Shown one piece after another: positions 10,636 through 20,552 of a DNA stretch of 64,000 nucleotides. The translations under genes and the position numbers were made by a program. Source of the DNA: Candidatus Marinacidobacterales bacterium (GTDB taxonomy: Bacteria > Acidobacteriota > Vicinamibacteria > Marinacidobacterales > SMYC01); NCBI GenBank assembly GCA_965224085.1, contig CBDCYI010000004.1:608001-672000 (forward strand), written 5' to 3'. The notes under the pieces are model-generated. The model was not told the origin of the DNA, made no database searches, and saw only the letters and a list, made by a program, of their open reading frames with translations. Within the stretch, counting starts at the first letter, position 1. Each line of letters opens with the position of its first letter.

Positions 10636-11453
10636 CAGTGTGTCTCCACGTGAATGACGTAGTCTTCGCGCATCCGCTCCATCTTTCTCTCATAGATCTC
10701 GGCCCGTCGCGTGTTGTCCCAATCGAGGCGCACGTGGGGCTCCGCGACCTCGAACGGTGGCAGCTCGGGATCATGCCGGGTCTCGACGCGAACGTAGTGA
10801 AGCCCCCGATTCGACGCAATCGGGCCCGACCACGAGCCAGGCGAGAGAGCGAAGACGCTCGCGGCGAAGCTCTCCCCGAGCGCCCCAGCGAGTCGCGTCT
10901 CCGTCATACGCAAAAACTTGGCGCCCAGCCAAAACGGATCGCCCATGTCGCGAAAGTCGCGCCCTTCACGAAGGGACGCGAGCACTCGCTGAGGGTCGTG
11001 GGACGAGTCCACTTCGAAGAAGACATGCGCCATGGTCACCGATGGCGGGACGCGGTAGCGGTCCGCGGTCGCTCGAAAGAAAGCGCGTAGCTGCGCGAGC
11101 GAAGGTTCGGGCACGTCTTCGTTCAGCGCGGTGCGCATGGCCAGAACGAGACGCTGGCGGACCCTTCCATTCTCCAGATGCCACCCGTTTCGATGAGCCT
11201 CCCGAACGAGCATCTCGTCACGTAGGTAGTCCGCGATCGCCTGATCGCGCTCCTCGGACGTGAGCTCGCGACCCTCGAGGTTTGTGCGGCGCTCGATCAC
11301 GCTGTCGCGTGTCCGCGCATCGATCACGATGATCTCTTTGTTGGACGCGAGATGAGGCGAGAGCACGAGGAACGCGAGCCCGCCGACGATCGAGAAGCTC
11401 AGAAAAGGCTCACGCCGCCAAAACGTCGTCCACGTGACTCGAAGCCCTCGCAT
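10635..11453 (-). CDS. PpiC/rotamase-2 type peptidyl-prolyl isomerase-like protein (paralog)
   Basis: REPFL.F..GG N-terminal anchor, DEMLVREA, WSGPIASNRGLHYV. Confidence 0.8.
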   Translation of the reverse strand: MRGLRVTWTTFWRREPFLSFSIVGGLAFLVLSPHLASNKEIIVIDARTRDSVIERRTNLEGRELTSEERDQAIADYLRDEMLVREAHRNGWHLENGRVRQRLVLAMRTALNEDVPEPSLAQLRAFFRATADRYRVPPSVTMAHVFFEVDSSHDPQRVLASLREGRDFRDMGDPFWLGAKFLRMTETRLAGALGESFAASVFALSPGSWSGPIASNRGLHYVRVETRHDPELPPFEVAEPHVRLDWDNTRRAEIYERKMERMREDYVIHVETH

Positions 11454-11658
11454 GGCTTACCGTAAGCCGTTTCGCGATCCGAACGCGATCGAGATGAAGA
11501 TGTAGAAACGCTCACAGCAAGATTTTGCCGAGTCAAAACCTCCGTCGGAGAGCTGAGTAAGCACCGACCTGCCGCACGCTTTGCTCGATTCGAGGGTCGA
11601 TTCTGCGCGTCGCATATCGCGGTACTATCACGCCACCGACGACTCTACAATAGGCGCC

Positions 11659-12450
11659 GTGGCGATTCGTTTTCTCATCGTGGATGCACTGAACTTGATA
11701 CGCCGGGTCCACGCTGCGACACCGGAAGACAAGGAGCCGCAGCATATGGAAGCCGCCAGGAACGCGACCGTCCAATCGCTGAAGCGAGCGCTCGGCCACG
11801 CGCGCCCGACACACGTGGTCGCGGTCTTCGACGGTGAGGGCCCGACGTGGCGCGACAAGCTCTACGCAGACTACAAAGCAGGCAGGAAACCCATGCCCGA
11901 AGCGCTACGGGCCGCGCTCTCGAGCTACCGGGAATCTTTTTCTGAGCTCGGCGTCGTCTCCGTCAGCAAGCCCGCCCTCGAAGCGGACGACGTCGTGGCG
12001 ACCCTTGCCACGAAAGCGGCGGAGCACGAAAGCGACGCCGTCATCCTATCGACCGACAACGCCTATTGTCAGCTCATCTCGAATCACATCGCGCTGCGTG
12101 ATCATTTCCAGAAGCAAGACCGCGACCGCGGCTACGTGCAGAAGAAATTCGACGTGCCGCCAGAGCAGCTCGTGGATCTCTGGGCCCTCGCGGGAAGTGG
12201 CTCTACGCATATCCCGGGGGTGCCCGGGATCGGGTTAAAGACCGCGGCCAAGCTCCTCCACGCACACGGGAGCCTCTTGCAAGTCCTCGAGGCCGCGGCG
12301 AACATGAGCGGAAAGCTCGGGAACACTCTTCGCGAGCACAGCGACAGAGCCCGCATGTCGAGAGAGCTTTCCCAACTTCAGCAAAACCTCGAGCTTGGGT
12401 GGAACCTCAAAGAGTTCAAGCTGATCCCGCCAACCCGCGCCGATGGTTAG
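11659..12450 (+). CDS. xni: Flap endonuclease Xni / 5'-3' exonuclease
   Basis: LIVDALNLIRRVHA, YKAGR, EADD, LSTD, IPGVPGIGLKTA helix-hairpin-helix. Confidence 0.85.
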   Translation: MAIRFLIVDALNLIRRVHAATPEDKEPQHMEAARNATVQSLKRALGHARPTHVVAVFDGEGPTWRDKLYADYKAGRKPMPEALRAALSSYRESFSELGVVSVSKPALEADDVVATLATKAAEHESDAVILSTDNAYCQLISNHIALRDHFQKQDRDRGYVQKKFDVPPEQLVDLWALAGSGSTHIPGVPGIGLKTAAKLLHAHGSLLQVLEAAANMSGKLGNTLREHSDRARMSRELSQLQQNLELGWNLKEFKLIPPTRADG

Positions 12451-12460
12451 AGGCCCGGCA

Positions 12461-14383
12461 TCACGCCATCCAGTCATACGCGTCGCAGCGTTCGAAATAT
12501 TCTTCGGGGATGCGCTCGATGAAGCGTGACGGCATCGGCCAAGAATAGCGCGATCGCGCGGTGTCCCGAGGCCAGACGACGTAAAGCAATTCCTTCGCAC
12601 GCGTGACGGCAACGTAGAGAAGACGGAGCTCTTCGTCGAGCGCCTCCTCGTCCTCCGCCTCCTCGTTGAAGCCCGAGATCATCGGGATGAAGCCGTCTTG
12701 CGCCTGGATGACGAAAACGGCCTTCCACTCGAGGCCCTTAGCGGAGTGCATCGTCGAGAGCACGAGCTCGAAGCGGGGCGCTTTGGACGCGAGCCCCTGG
12801 CCGCGGGCGGCGGTCGTGGGCTCAAGCGTCAGGTCCGTGAGCATGGACGGCAAGCTGCGATAGCGCTCCACGAGCCCTACGAGTGTCTCGAGGTCGCGTT
12901 TGCGACGCGGCCAGTCGTCGTAACGCGTTTTGATCAGCGGGTCGAACGCGTCGACAGCCGCTTCGAGACAGCGCGGCGGAGCCTCGCGGAGCGGCTCGAG
13001 CGATTCGAGGAACGAGGCCAGTTCATCGAGGCTCGCCCGCACTTTGCCTCGCGCTTTGTAGTTTCTCAAGCTCTTCACGAGAGACAGTCCCCGCACGGCG
13101 CCCAAGATTTGCTTGGCGCCTTTTTTGCCGATGCCGTCCCGCATCAGCAGGACGCGCGACAAGGACAAGTCATCCATGGGATGCTCGACGAGCTTCAAAT
13201 GAGCGAGCACGTCTTTGATATGCGCCGATTCCATGAAGCGGAACCCGCCATATTTCACATAAGGGATATCGTGTCCACCGAGCTCGACCTCGAGCGCGAA
13301 AGCATGGCGGCTCGCGCGGAACAAGACGGCGATCTCGGAAAGCGGCACGCCTTGCTCACGCAGCCGCCCGATTTCCTCCGCTACGAAGACGGCTTGCTCC
13401 TGCTCGTTCGAGCACTCAACGAGTAGAGGGCGGGAACCTTTGGCCCGCTCCGTGAACAGACGTTTCTGAAACGCTTCGGACATTTGAACCATCAGCGCGT
13501 TGGCGACGTCGAGCACGGGCTGCGTGCTGCGGTAGTTCTCTTCAAGCGTCACGAGCTCTGCGTCGGGAAAGCTTTCTTTGAAATCAAAGAGATTCCGGTG
13601 ATTGGCGCCTCGAAAAGCGTAGATGCTCTGCGCATCGTCACCGACCACCATGAGGTTTCGGGATTCGCCCGCAAGCAGATGGGTAATGCGTGCCTGCAGG
13701 ACGTTCGTGTCTTGATATTCGTCCACCATGACGTAGCGACAACGATGGTGGACGCGCGCGCGCGCCTCGTCACTTTGCTCGAGCAAGCGGATCAGCAAAA
13801 CGAGCAAGTTGTCGAAATCAACGAGGTTGTGCTCGCTCTTGTACTTTTCGTAGCGGCCCGCGGCGATGCCGAAATAATCCGTGATGTTGAAGAACTGAGG
13901 ATACTCGTGAGCGACGATGTCCTCGATGGGGGCCTGTTGGTTGATCGCTTTGCTGATGATGGCCGCGATCGTCTCCCGCCGCGGAAGATCGAGGCTCTCA
14001 TCGGTCGATTTGAGCTCTGTGCGGATGCCGCTCAGGATCTCCAAGACGTCCGATTGGTCGAGAATCGTAAAATCCGGCGGGAGGTCGATGTCGCGGCCAT
14101 AGCGCCGGAGCGTTAGGTTCGCAAAGGAGTGGAACGTCCCAGCTCCTACGGGCTCCCGCTCACCGCCGAGAATCTTCGCGGCGCGCGCCACCATCTCCTG
14201 TGCGGCGCGCCGCGTGAACGTCAGAAGAAGGATCGACTCGGGGACCACACCCGACTCGACGAGCTTTATGAGGCGATGGACGAGCGTGTGCGTCTTCCCT
14301 GTCCCCGCCCCCGCAATGACGAGGACCGGTCCTTCGAGAATCTCGGCCGCCCGGCGCTGCGCCGGATTGAGTGAGGCGCTCAT
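12461..14383 (-). CDS. UvrD/REP family ATP-dependent DNA helicase
   Basis: AGAGTGKT, DEYQDTN, VGDDAQSIYAFRGA, ENYRS, HSAKGLEW, YVAVTRAK. Confidence 0.95.
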   Translation of the reverse strand: MSASLNPAQRRAAEILEGPVLVIAGAGTGKTHTLVHRLIKLVESGVVPESILLLTFTRRAAQEMVARAAKILGGEREPVGAGTFHSFANLTLRRYGRDIDLPPDFTILDQSDVLEILSGIRTELKSTDESLDLPRRETIAAIISKAINQQAPIEDIVAHEYPQFFNITDYFGIAAGRYEKYKSEHNLVDFDNLLVLLIRLLEQSDEARARVHHRCRYVMVDEYQDTNVLQARITHLLAGESRNLMVVGDDAQSIYAFRGANHRNLFDFKESFPDAELVTLEENYRSTQPVLDVANALMVQMSEAFQKRLFTERAKGSRPLLVECSNEQEQAVFVAEEIGRLREQGVPLSEIAVLFRASRHAFALEVELGGHDIPYVKYGGFRFMESAHIKDVLAHLKLVEHPMDDLSLSRVLLMRDGIGKKGAKQILGAVRGLSLVKSLRNYKARGKVRASLDELASFLESLEPLREAPPRCLEAAVDAFDPLIKTRYDDWPRRKRDLETLVGLVERYRSLPSMLTDLTLEPTTAARGQGLASKAPRFELVLSTMHSAKGLEWKAVFVIQAQDGFIPMISGFNEEAEDEEALDEELRLLYVAVTRAKELLYVVWPRDTARSRYSWPMPSRFIERIPEEYFERCDAYDWMA

Positions 14384-14421
14384 GCGAGGAAAACGCTATC
14401 ACGAAGCAACGTCCCGGGCCT

Positions 14422-14518
14422 GTGTTCACCCTCGTGGCCGTCATGCTTGCCGCGATTGGGATCTACGGCGTGCTCGCCTACACCGTCGGCCAGCGCAGAT
14501 AGGAGATCGGCGTCCGCC
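14422..14518 (+). pseudogene. Scrap of an ADOP/MacB-type ABC permease
   Basis: Translates as FTLVAVMLAAIGIYGVLAYTVGQRR*EIGVR with an internal stop. Confidence 0.7.
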
Positions 14519-15032
14519 CGGCTGCCGTGCAAGCTTCGCTACCAGCGGCGGGACTTTGGGGGCGTGGTCTTCCGGCCAGCCCGGCTGCGGTACCAAGTCG
14601 TCGAAGAAATAGCTCCCGCCGAGGTTGACGAGCGCCAGCGTCTGTTCCAGCTGCGAGAACTTCCCGGCCCCGGCGTCAGCATAGACCACGTCATAGCTCG
14701 CTCGTACGCGTCAAGAAACTAGCCAGCGTCCTCAGAGTGAAATGTAATGCGTGCATCGCCGCCCAAGTGACGGCGCGCGATCGCCTGGACCGCGGGGTCG
14801 CGATCGACGCTATCGAGAGTGGATGTCGCGTCCATCCCATCGAGATGCCAAGCCGTCCCCAGGCCGGTACCGGTGCCGAGCTCCAAGAGTCGGCCTCCCG
14901 GCTTCAGCGCGGCGAGCGTTCTTAGAAACGATCCCGTCCTCGGCTCCGACGTCATGGTGAAACCCATCCGCTCCGCATCGCGGAGGATCGCATCGACGAC
15001 AGGGGGGGTGCGGGAACGTCAAAATCGAGCAT
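14515..15032 (-). pseudogene. Class I SAM-dependent (O-)methyltransferase, disrupted
   Basis: LELGTGTG motif; internal TAG at 14719-14721, frameshifts; 3' end lost against the ADOP scrap. Confidence 0.7.
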
Positions 15033-15035
15033 CGG

Positions 15036-17381
15036 CTAGGACGCTTTTTCGCTGCGACACGCCTCTGGGATCGCCGCGCGGAGCACGTCTTCGATATGGT
15101 CGACGAAAATGAACTCTGTCTCCGACCGCACGTCGTCCGGAAGGTCGTGTAGATTCGCTTCGTTCTGACGCGGAAGAATGATGCGGTTGAACTCTGCACG
15201 CCTCGCGGCGAGCACTTTTTCTTTGACGCCCCCGATCGGAAGCACGAGTCCCGTGATCGTGATCTCGCCGGTCATGGCCGTACCGTTGCGCATCGGCTTG
15301 CCGCAATAGAGCGATGCAAGAGCGGTCGCCATCGTGATGCCGGCGGACGGCCCGTCCTTGGGAATCGCCCCCGCGGGCACGTGGATGTGCACACCTTCTT
15401 TGCGAAATCGCTCCGCGTCGATGCCGAAATCGTCGGCGTGCGACCAGAGGTAGCTTTGCGCAGCGCGCGCGGATTCCTGCATGACGTCGCCGAGCTGCCC
15501 GGTCATCGTGAGGCCGCTCCCGCCACGAAGTAGCGTCGACTCGATATAGAGCACGTCGCCGCCCGACGGCGTCCAGGCCAGCCCGGCGGCTACACCCGGG
15601 GGCATGTCCTTGCGCGCTTTTTCGAGATGGAAGCGCTCGGGTCCGAGCATCTCGGTCAGGTCGTCGGGCGAGACTTTCACGGCCTCCGTCGAGCCTTCGG
15701 CAAACCCGACAGCCACTCTGCGCATCACGCGGCCGATGACACGCTCGAGCTGCCTCAGCCCTGCCTCGCGCGTGTAGCGGCGGATGATACGCTCGCGGGT
15801 CTCGTCCAGCAGCTCGCACTGATCCGCGCGGACGCCGCTTTGCTCGAGCTGGCGCGGCACGAGGTATTTCTTCGCGATGGCGAGCTTTTCCTCCTCGCTA
15901 TAGCCGGTCAAGCTCAGAACCTCCATACGATCCAGAAGCGGCTGCGGGATGGTATCGAGTGAGTTCGCGGTCGTAATGAAGAACACGCTCGAGAGGTCGA
16001 ACGGCATGTCGAGATAGTTGTCTCGGAACGTGTCGTTTTGCTCAGGGTCGAGGATCTCGAGCATCGCCGAGGCTGGGTCGCCTCGAAAGTCGCGGCCGAG
16101 CTTGTCGATCTCGTCGAGCATGAGCACGGGGTTATTGACCTTGGCGCGCCTCAGGGACTGGAGGATCCGCCCCGGCAAAGCACCGATATAGGTTCGGCGA
16201 TGGCCCCGAAGCTCGGCCTCATCGTGAAGCCCGCCGAGGCTCATGCGCTGGAACTCGCGGTTCTGCGCTCGCGCGATGGATTTACCAAGCGAAGTCTTCC
16301 CTACGCCGGGCGGTCCGACGAAGAGCAAGATGGGCGCTTTCGCGGCGGGGTTCAGCTTGAGGACCGCGAGGTGCTCCAATATACGACTTTTGATCTCGTC
16401 GAGGCCCAAGTGGTCTTCGTCGAGCACTTTTCGTGCGTGTGCGAGATCGAGCACCGCCTCTGAGCTTTGCTTCCAAGGCAGCTCGAGGATGACTTCGAGA
16501 TAGTTCCGGACAACGTTGGTCTCCGGGGACGCTTGCGGGAGCCGCGTGAGACGTTTCAGCTCACGTTCCGCTTCTTTACGGACCCCCTCTGGGAGAGCCG
16601 CGTTGTCGAAACGCTCTCGAAGAAGCTCCGTTTCCGCGCCCGCCTCGTCGGTCTCGCCGAGCTCCTCCTGGATAGCGCGCATCTGTTGCCGCAACAGCAT
16701 CTCACGCTGCTGTTTCGTCATCTCGCTCTGCACCTTGCTCGCGATGTTCTGCCGGAGCTCGAGCACGTGCACTTCGTGCTGGAGATAGCCGTGCATCAGC
16801 CGAAGGCCTTCCGTGAACTCATTGGCAGCGAGGAGCTCCTGCGCTTTTTGATGTTCGAGCCCCATCAGAGAGGCTAGAATGTAGAGCCAACGCAAGCGGT
16901 CTTCTTCGCTTCCGGCGAGCTGAGAGATGTCGATCTCGGTCTGCGGCCGTGCGAGCGACAGAACTTTCGCGCCCAAATCTTTCACTTCTCGTTCTAGAGC
17001 CTCGACATCGGCGCTGCTATCGAGCGCCACTGGAGCCGGCCCGTACTTGGCGGTGATGAACGGTGTGGCCTGTTCGAGCTCCCCGATACCAACCCGCAAC
17101 GTTCCTTGGACGAAGACTTGAACGCCTCCCGTTGGCAGCGGAACCAGCCTTCGGATGACGGCTTTCGTGCCGACCTCGAAGAGCTCTTCTCGAGACGGTG
17201 CTTGAACCGTGGCGTCCCGTTGTGTCACAACGAGGATCTCTTTTTCTTCCGTCGCCAACGCGGATTCGATCGCTGCAATCGAGATGGGGCGCCCCGCGGT
17301 GAGAGCCATGCCCAAATACGGAAAGAGCACCGCGTTTTTCAGCGGGAACAGCGGCAGGGTCAAAATCTCGTCGTCGCTCAC
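15036..17381 (-). CDS. lon: ATP-dependent protease La
   Basis: LON N-domain, GPPGVGKTS, LDEIDK, PKDGPSAG, GGVKEK. Confidence 0.97.
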   Translation of the reverse strand: MSDDEILTLPLFPLKNAVLFPYLGMALTAGRPISIAAIESALATEEKEILVVTQRDATVQAPSREELFEVGTKAVIRRLVPLPTGGVQVFVQGTLRVGIGELEQATPFITAKYGPAPVALDSSADVEALEREVKDLGAKVLSLARPQTEIDISQLAGSEEDRLRWLYILASLMGLEHQKAQELLAANEFTEGLRLMHGYLQHEVHVLELRQNIASKVQSEMTKQQREMLLRQQMRAIQEELGETDEAGAETELLRERFDNAALPEGVRKEAERELKRLTRLPQASPETNVVRNYLEVILELPWKQSSEAVLDLAHARKVLDEDHLGLDEIKSRILEHLAVLKLNPAAKAPILLFVGPPGVGKTSLGKSIARAQNREFQRMSLGGLHDEAELRGHRRTYIGALPGRILQSLRRAKVNNPVLMLDEIDKLGRDFRGDPASAMLEILDPEQNDTFRDNYLDMPFDLSSVFFITTANSLDTIPQPLLDRMEVLSLTGYSEEEKLAIAKKYLVPRQLEQSGVRADQCELLDETRERIIRRYTREAGLRQLERVIGRVMRRVAVGFAEGSTEAVKVSPDDLTEMLGPERFHLEKARKDMPPGVAAGLAWTPSGGDVLYIESTLLRGGSGLTMTGQLGDVMQESARAAQSYLWSHADDFGIDAERFRKEGVHIHVPAGAIPKDGPSAGITMATALASLYCGKPMRNGTAMTGEITITGLVLPIGGVKEKVLAARRAEFNRIILPRQNEANLHDLPDDVRSETEFIFVDHIEDVLRAAIPEACRSEKAS

Positions 17382-17385
17382 GTGG

Positions 17386-17718
17386 TCATTCTCCCGTGTC
17401 GATGGTCACGATCAGCAAGCCGTCCATGTACTCTGTCGTCACAGACGCCCCCTCTGACGTGCACGGCAGCCGCAGGCTTCTCTCGAAACGCGAATAGGAG
17501 ATCTCCATCGAATGGTGGCGGTAGCCGCGCTCGATGAAGGAGTCGCGACGGACACCCACGACGCGAAGGATTGAGCCGTGCACATCGACTTGAATGTCCT
17601 GAGGCTTCACGCCTGCAAGGTCGAATTTCACCACCCAGCCGCCAGGCGTACGGTACACGTCGGCTCGCGGTACGAATTCGAGACCTCCGCCGATTTCTTC
17701 GAACGCGTCGTACTTCAC
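17386..17718 (-). CDS. Hsp20/alpha-crystallin small heat-shock protein (true start may lie upstream across a frameshift)
   Basis: PRADVY, DLAGVKP.DI, EISYSRFERSL.LP, YMDGLL; upstream of lon. Confidence 0.85.
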   Translation of the reverse strand: MKYDAFEEIGGGLEFVPRADVYRTPGGWVVKFDLAGVKPQDIQVDVHGSILRVVGVRRDSFIERGYRHHSMEISYSRFERSLRLPCTSEGASVTTEYMDGLLIVTIDTGE

Positions 17719-17889
17719 GCATGGATTCTAGCAAAAAGTACGAGACGTCTGAGCTCGTCACAAAAGCCGCTGGAAGAGGACTCGCAAAAACGCGCGCTGG
17801 AGGTCGAGAAGCGAAGAGACCGCCGCGGCCCGCTTGAGCGCGCTGCCGTTCGCGAAGTAGTGTATAGACTGTGTTGAGGAGACAGAAGC

Positions 17890-18567
17890 GTGACTAGGAG
17901 AACTCTCTGGATCGGAGTCGCGTGCGGCCTGTTGATCACGTCGAGCACATCGAGCGCGACCACGGCCGCGGCCCAGGAAACCTACGAACCCGCGCGCTTC
18001 GGAAGCGGCGCGATTCCTGGACAGCCACCGCTCGCTTCGACAGGTGCTCGCGTCGTGGTCGAGCTCGAGAACGCGCCCTCGGGCATCGTCACCGACACCG
18101 TCGTGGTCGACGATGGTCCACCCTATACCGAAGCTATCAGGAAAGCCGCGCGTACATGGCGCTTTCGTCCCGCCCGCGAAGAAGGGGCAGCGGTCTTTGG
18201 CAAGGCGCTCGTCGTCGGCGTGTTTCGCCCACCCGTACTCATAGGCAGCGAGCTACCGAAATCGATGCACGTTCAGGAGTCTTCCGAGGATGTCCCCTAC
18301 CCTACAGTAATCGCCACACCGGTCTTTCCGCCCACCGCGCTCTACGAAGGCGTAGCACTCGTGGAGGTCGAGATCGATGAAGCCGGCGGAGTCCGAGAGG
18401 CCGCGCTGCGCACGACCGACGAGGCTTATGACACACTCGCGCTCGAAACAGTCAAGAAGTTTCGCTTTCGTCCAGCGCGGCGGAACGGAAGACCGGTCCC
18501 TTCTTACGCACTCGTCTTTTTCGGCTTCCGTCAGCCGCACACGCCCACAAAGCATCCCCGCCGCTAG
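17890..18567 (+). CDS. TonB family protein (two TonB C-terminal-like domains)
   Basis: WRFRPAREEG and FRFRPARRNGRPV repeats; signal peptide. Confidence 0.75.
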   Translation: MTRRTLWIGVACGLLITSSTSSATTAAAQETYEPARFGSGAIPGQPPLASTGARVVVELENAPSGIVTDTVVVDDGPPYTEAIRKAARTWRFRPAREEGAAVFGKALVVGVFRPPVLIGSELPKSMHVQESSEDVPYPTVIATPVFPPTALYEGVALVEVEIDEAGGVREAALRTTDEAYDTLALETVKKFRFRPARRNGRPVPSYALVFFGFRQPHTPTKHPRR

Positions 18568-18726
18568 CCCATGTTTACCCTTTATGGGCACCCTAACGCT
18601 CGTAAGTGACTGAATTCAAAGGAACGGGGGTTGAATTTTGCCCAAAACGTAGAGACAGATATTGTGCTTTGAGCGCCATTAATACGTTGTAATCGTGGAC
18701 AATGATATGTAGTATGCGTGAGGACA
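18563..18726 (+). mobile_element. Solo IS1634-family left end (inverted copy of 26208-26370)
   Basis: 164 bp matching the reverse complement of 26208-26370 except for one T indel; AT-rich; starts GCTAGCCC. Confidence 0.9.
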
Positions 18727-19139
18727 AGTCGAGTTTGAGAGCCCAGCGACGCTCCCAAAGTGCAAGGCCCCATGTTGACGACTAGCACGCCGAGCATGAC
18801 GGCGAGCCCCCAGCCGGTCTGGACGACTTCCCTGCCTGACCGATCGATCGCGCGGATGACTATCTCGATCGCGAGAACCGCGAGGAGCATGGCCAATCCA
18901 AAAACCGCGAGCGTCTCGAATTTTTGATGTCCATAGGGGTGTTCTCGATCGGGAGGCTCGCTCGCAATCCGAACGACAACGAGGGCAACGACATTGTTCG
19001 CAACATCGGCCAAGGAGTGGATGGCGTCTCCTAAAATCGCGAGCGAACCGGTCTTGAACCCGACCGTTGCTTTTGCAACAAGGACGACGAGGTTGCAGGC
19101 GCCATCGATGAAAAGAACGTAGCGAATTTTCGGCGACAT
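18727..19139 (-). pseudogene. Cation diffusion facilitator transporter, 3' half lost at the IS end
   Basis: SLAILGDAIHSLAD, PPDREHPYGHQKFE; sequence breaks at the IS end. Confidence 0.85.
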
Positions 19140-19438
19140 GCGGAATCCTATTGCCCGATTCTAACAGGCCGCCACGCTTCCTCGGCCTGGGGTTTTAGTT
19201 CATGAAGCACATCGCCGACCGGCAGTACCTGGAAATGAAGTTGATGGAAGCGGAGGTCCAGGAGGGATCTCGCGGGCTGAGCGAGAGACCACTCGTACGA
19301 AGCGGCGAAAAGACGCCGAACACGAGTGCGACCGTAAGATTCGGGATCAGTCCTTGGGAAAATACGGTCATCAGGGCCTTCGTGTCAAAGACCGATATGC
19401 TATTCTTTTCTTTGGCAGGCCCGCTGCCCGTTGGCATC

Positions 19439-20545
19439 ATGAGAATCCTGCAGCTCATCCCTCAAAGCTTCGAGACGCCGTTCTTTACCGCGCTTGCAAA
19501 AGGACTGTCCGACTCCGGTGTCAAACAGGACTTCGCGACCGTTCGGTCGGCGCCTCCTCCTTCCTGGTTGGACGAAGTAGACGGGCGCCACTTTTGCTTG
19601 AATGCCTCGAGCCGTCTGAGCTACCCCTTCACGACCCGGACACTCTCGCACTGGATCGAACGCGAGCAAGTCGACATCGTTCACGCGCACTTGTTCGACG
19701 CATCTCTGCTCGCGGCGTGGATTGCTGGACGAGGCCGAGCACGCATCGTCGTCAGCCGTCACCATCTCGACGACGTGCTTCACAACGGGACGGCCTTGCA
19801 CGTGCGCATGGACAAGTGGATCACGAAACGATCCGATCAAATTCTCGTACCGTCCGATGCCGTCCGAGAGTTTATGCGACACACAGAGTCTTCGCGCACC
19901 GAGCACGTACGAACCATTCCCTACGGGTTCAATTTCGACGACCTGGCTGCCACCGACGAAGAGGCCGACGCGGTAAGACGGGAGCTCGGGCTTACCGACG
20001 CGTTTCTCATAGGCGTCGTGGCACGTTTTATCGGGAACAAAGGACACCGCTTTCTGTTCGTGGCGCTCCCCGAGATCGCGCGCGCGGTCAAGAACGTGAA
20101 GGTACTTCTTCTGGGCAACGGCGACGAAGATTTCATACGGCGCCAAGTGCGCGAGTGCGGTGTCACCGACCAAATCGTTTTCGGCGGCTACCGGCAAGAT
20201 ATTGCCGCTTGCATGAAAGCCTTCGACGTGCTCGTCCACCCGACATTGAGCGAGTCCTTCGGTCAAGTGCTGGTCGAGGCGATGTCGGTCGAAACTCCCG
20301 TCGTCTCAAGCCGGGTGGGAGGCACACCGTCGATCATCACTCAAGGTGAGACGGGAGTTCTCGTCCCACCCGAAGATCCCGACGCCATTGCCGACGCCGT
20401 AATCGAGCTTCATCGGGAGCCGGAGCTCGCAAGATCCCTCGGGCGAAAAGCGAGAGCTTCGGTGCTCGAGCGGTTCAACGTCCCCCGCATGATCGAGGAT
20501 CACCTCGACTGTTACCAAGAGCTCCTCACCCCGATCGCATCGTAA
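19439..20545 (+). CDS. GT4 family glycosyltransferase
   Basis: DIVHAH, KGH, ESFGQVLVEAM, SRVGG, GETGVLVPP. Confidence 0.9.
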   Translation: MRILQLIPQSFETPFFTALAKGLSDSGVKQDFATVRSAPPPSWLDEVDGRHFCLNASSRLSYPFTTRTLSHWIEREQVDIVHAHLFDASLLAAWIAGRGRARIVVSRHHLDDVLHNGTALHVRMDKWITKRSDQILVPSDAVREFMRHTESSRTEHVRTIPYGFNFDDLAATDEEADAVRRELGLTDAFLIGVVARFIGNKGHRFLFVALPEIARAVKNVKVLLLGNGDEDFIRRQVRECGVTDQIVFGGYRQDIAACMKAFDVLVHPTLSESFGQVLVEAMSVETPVVSSRVGGTPSIITQGETGVLVPPEDPDAIADAVIELHREPELARSLGRKARASVLERFNVPRMIEDHLDCYQELLTPIAS

Positions 20546-20552
20546 GACGGGG

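Noticed and set aside
11659-14383. Nuclease plus helicase pair as a possible defence system
   Set aside because: They are convergent, and both look like ordinary housekeeping Xni and UvrD/REP proteins.
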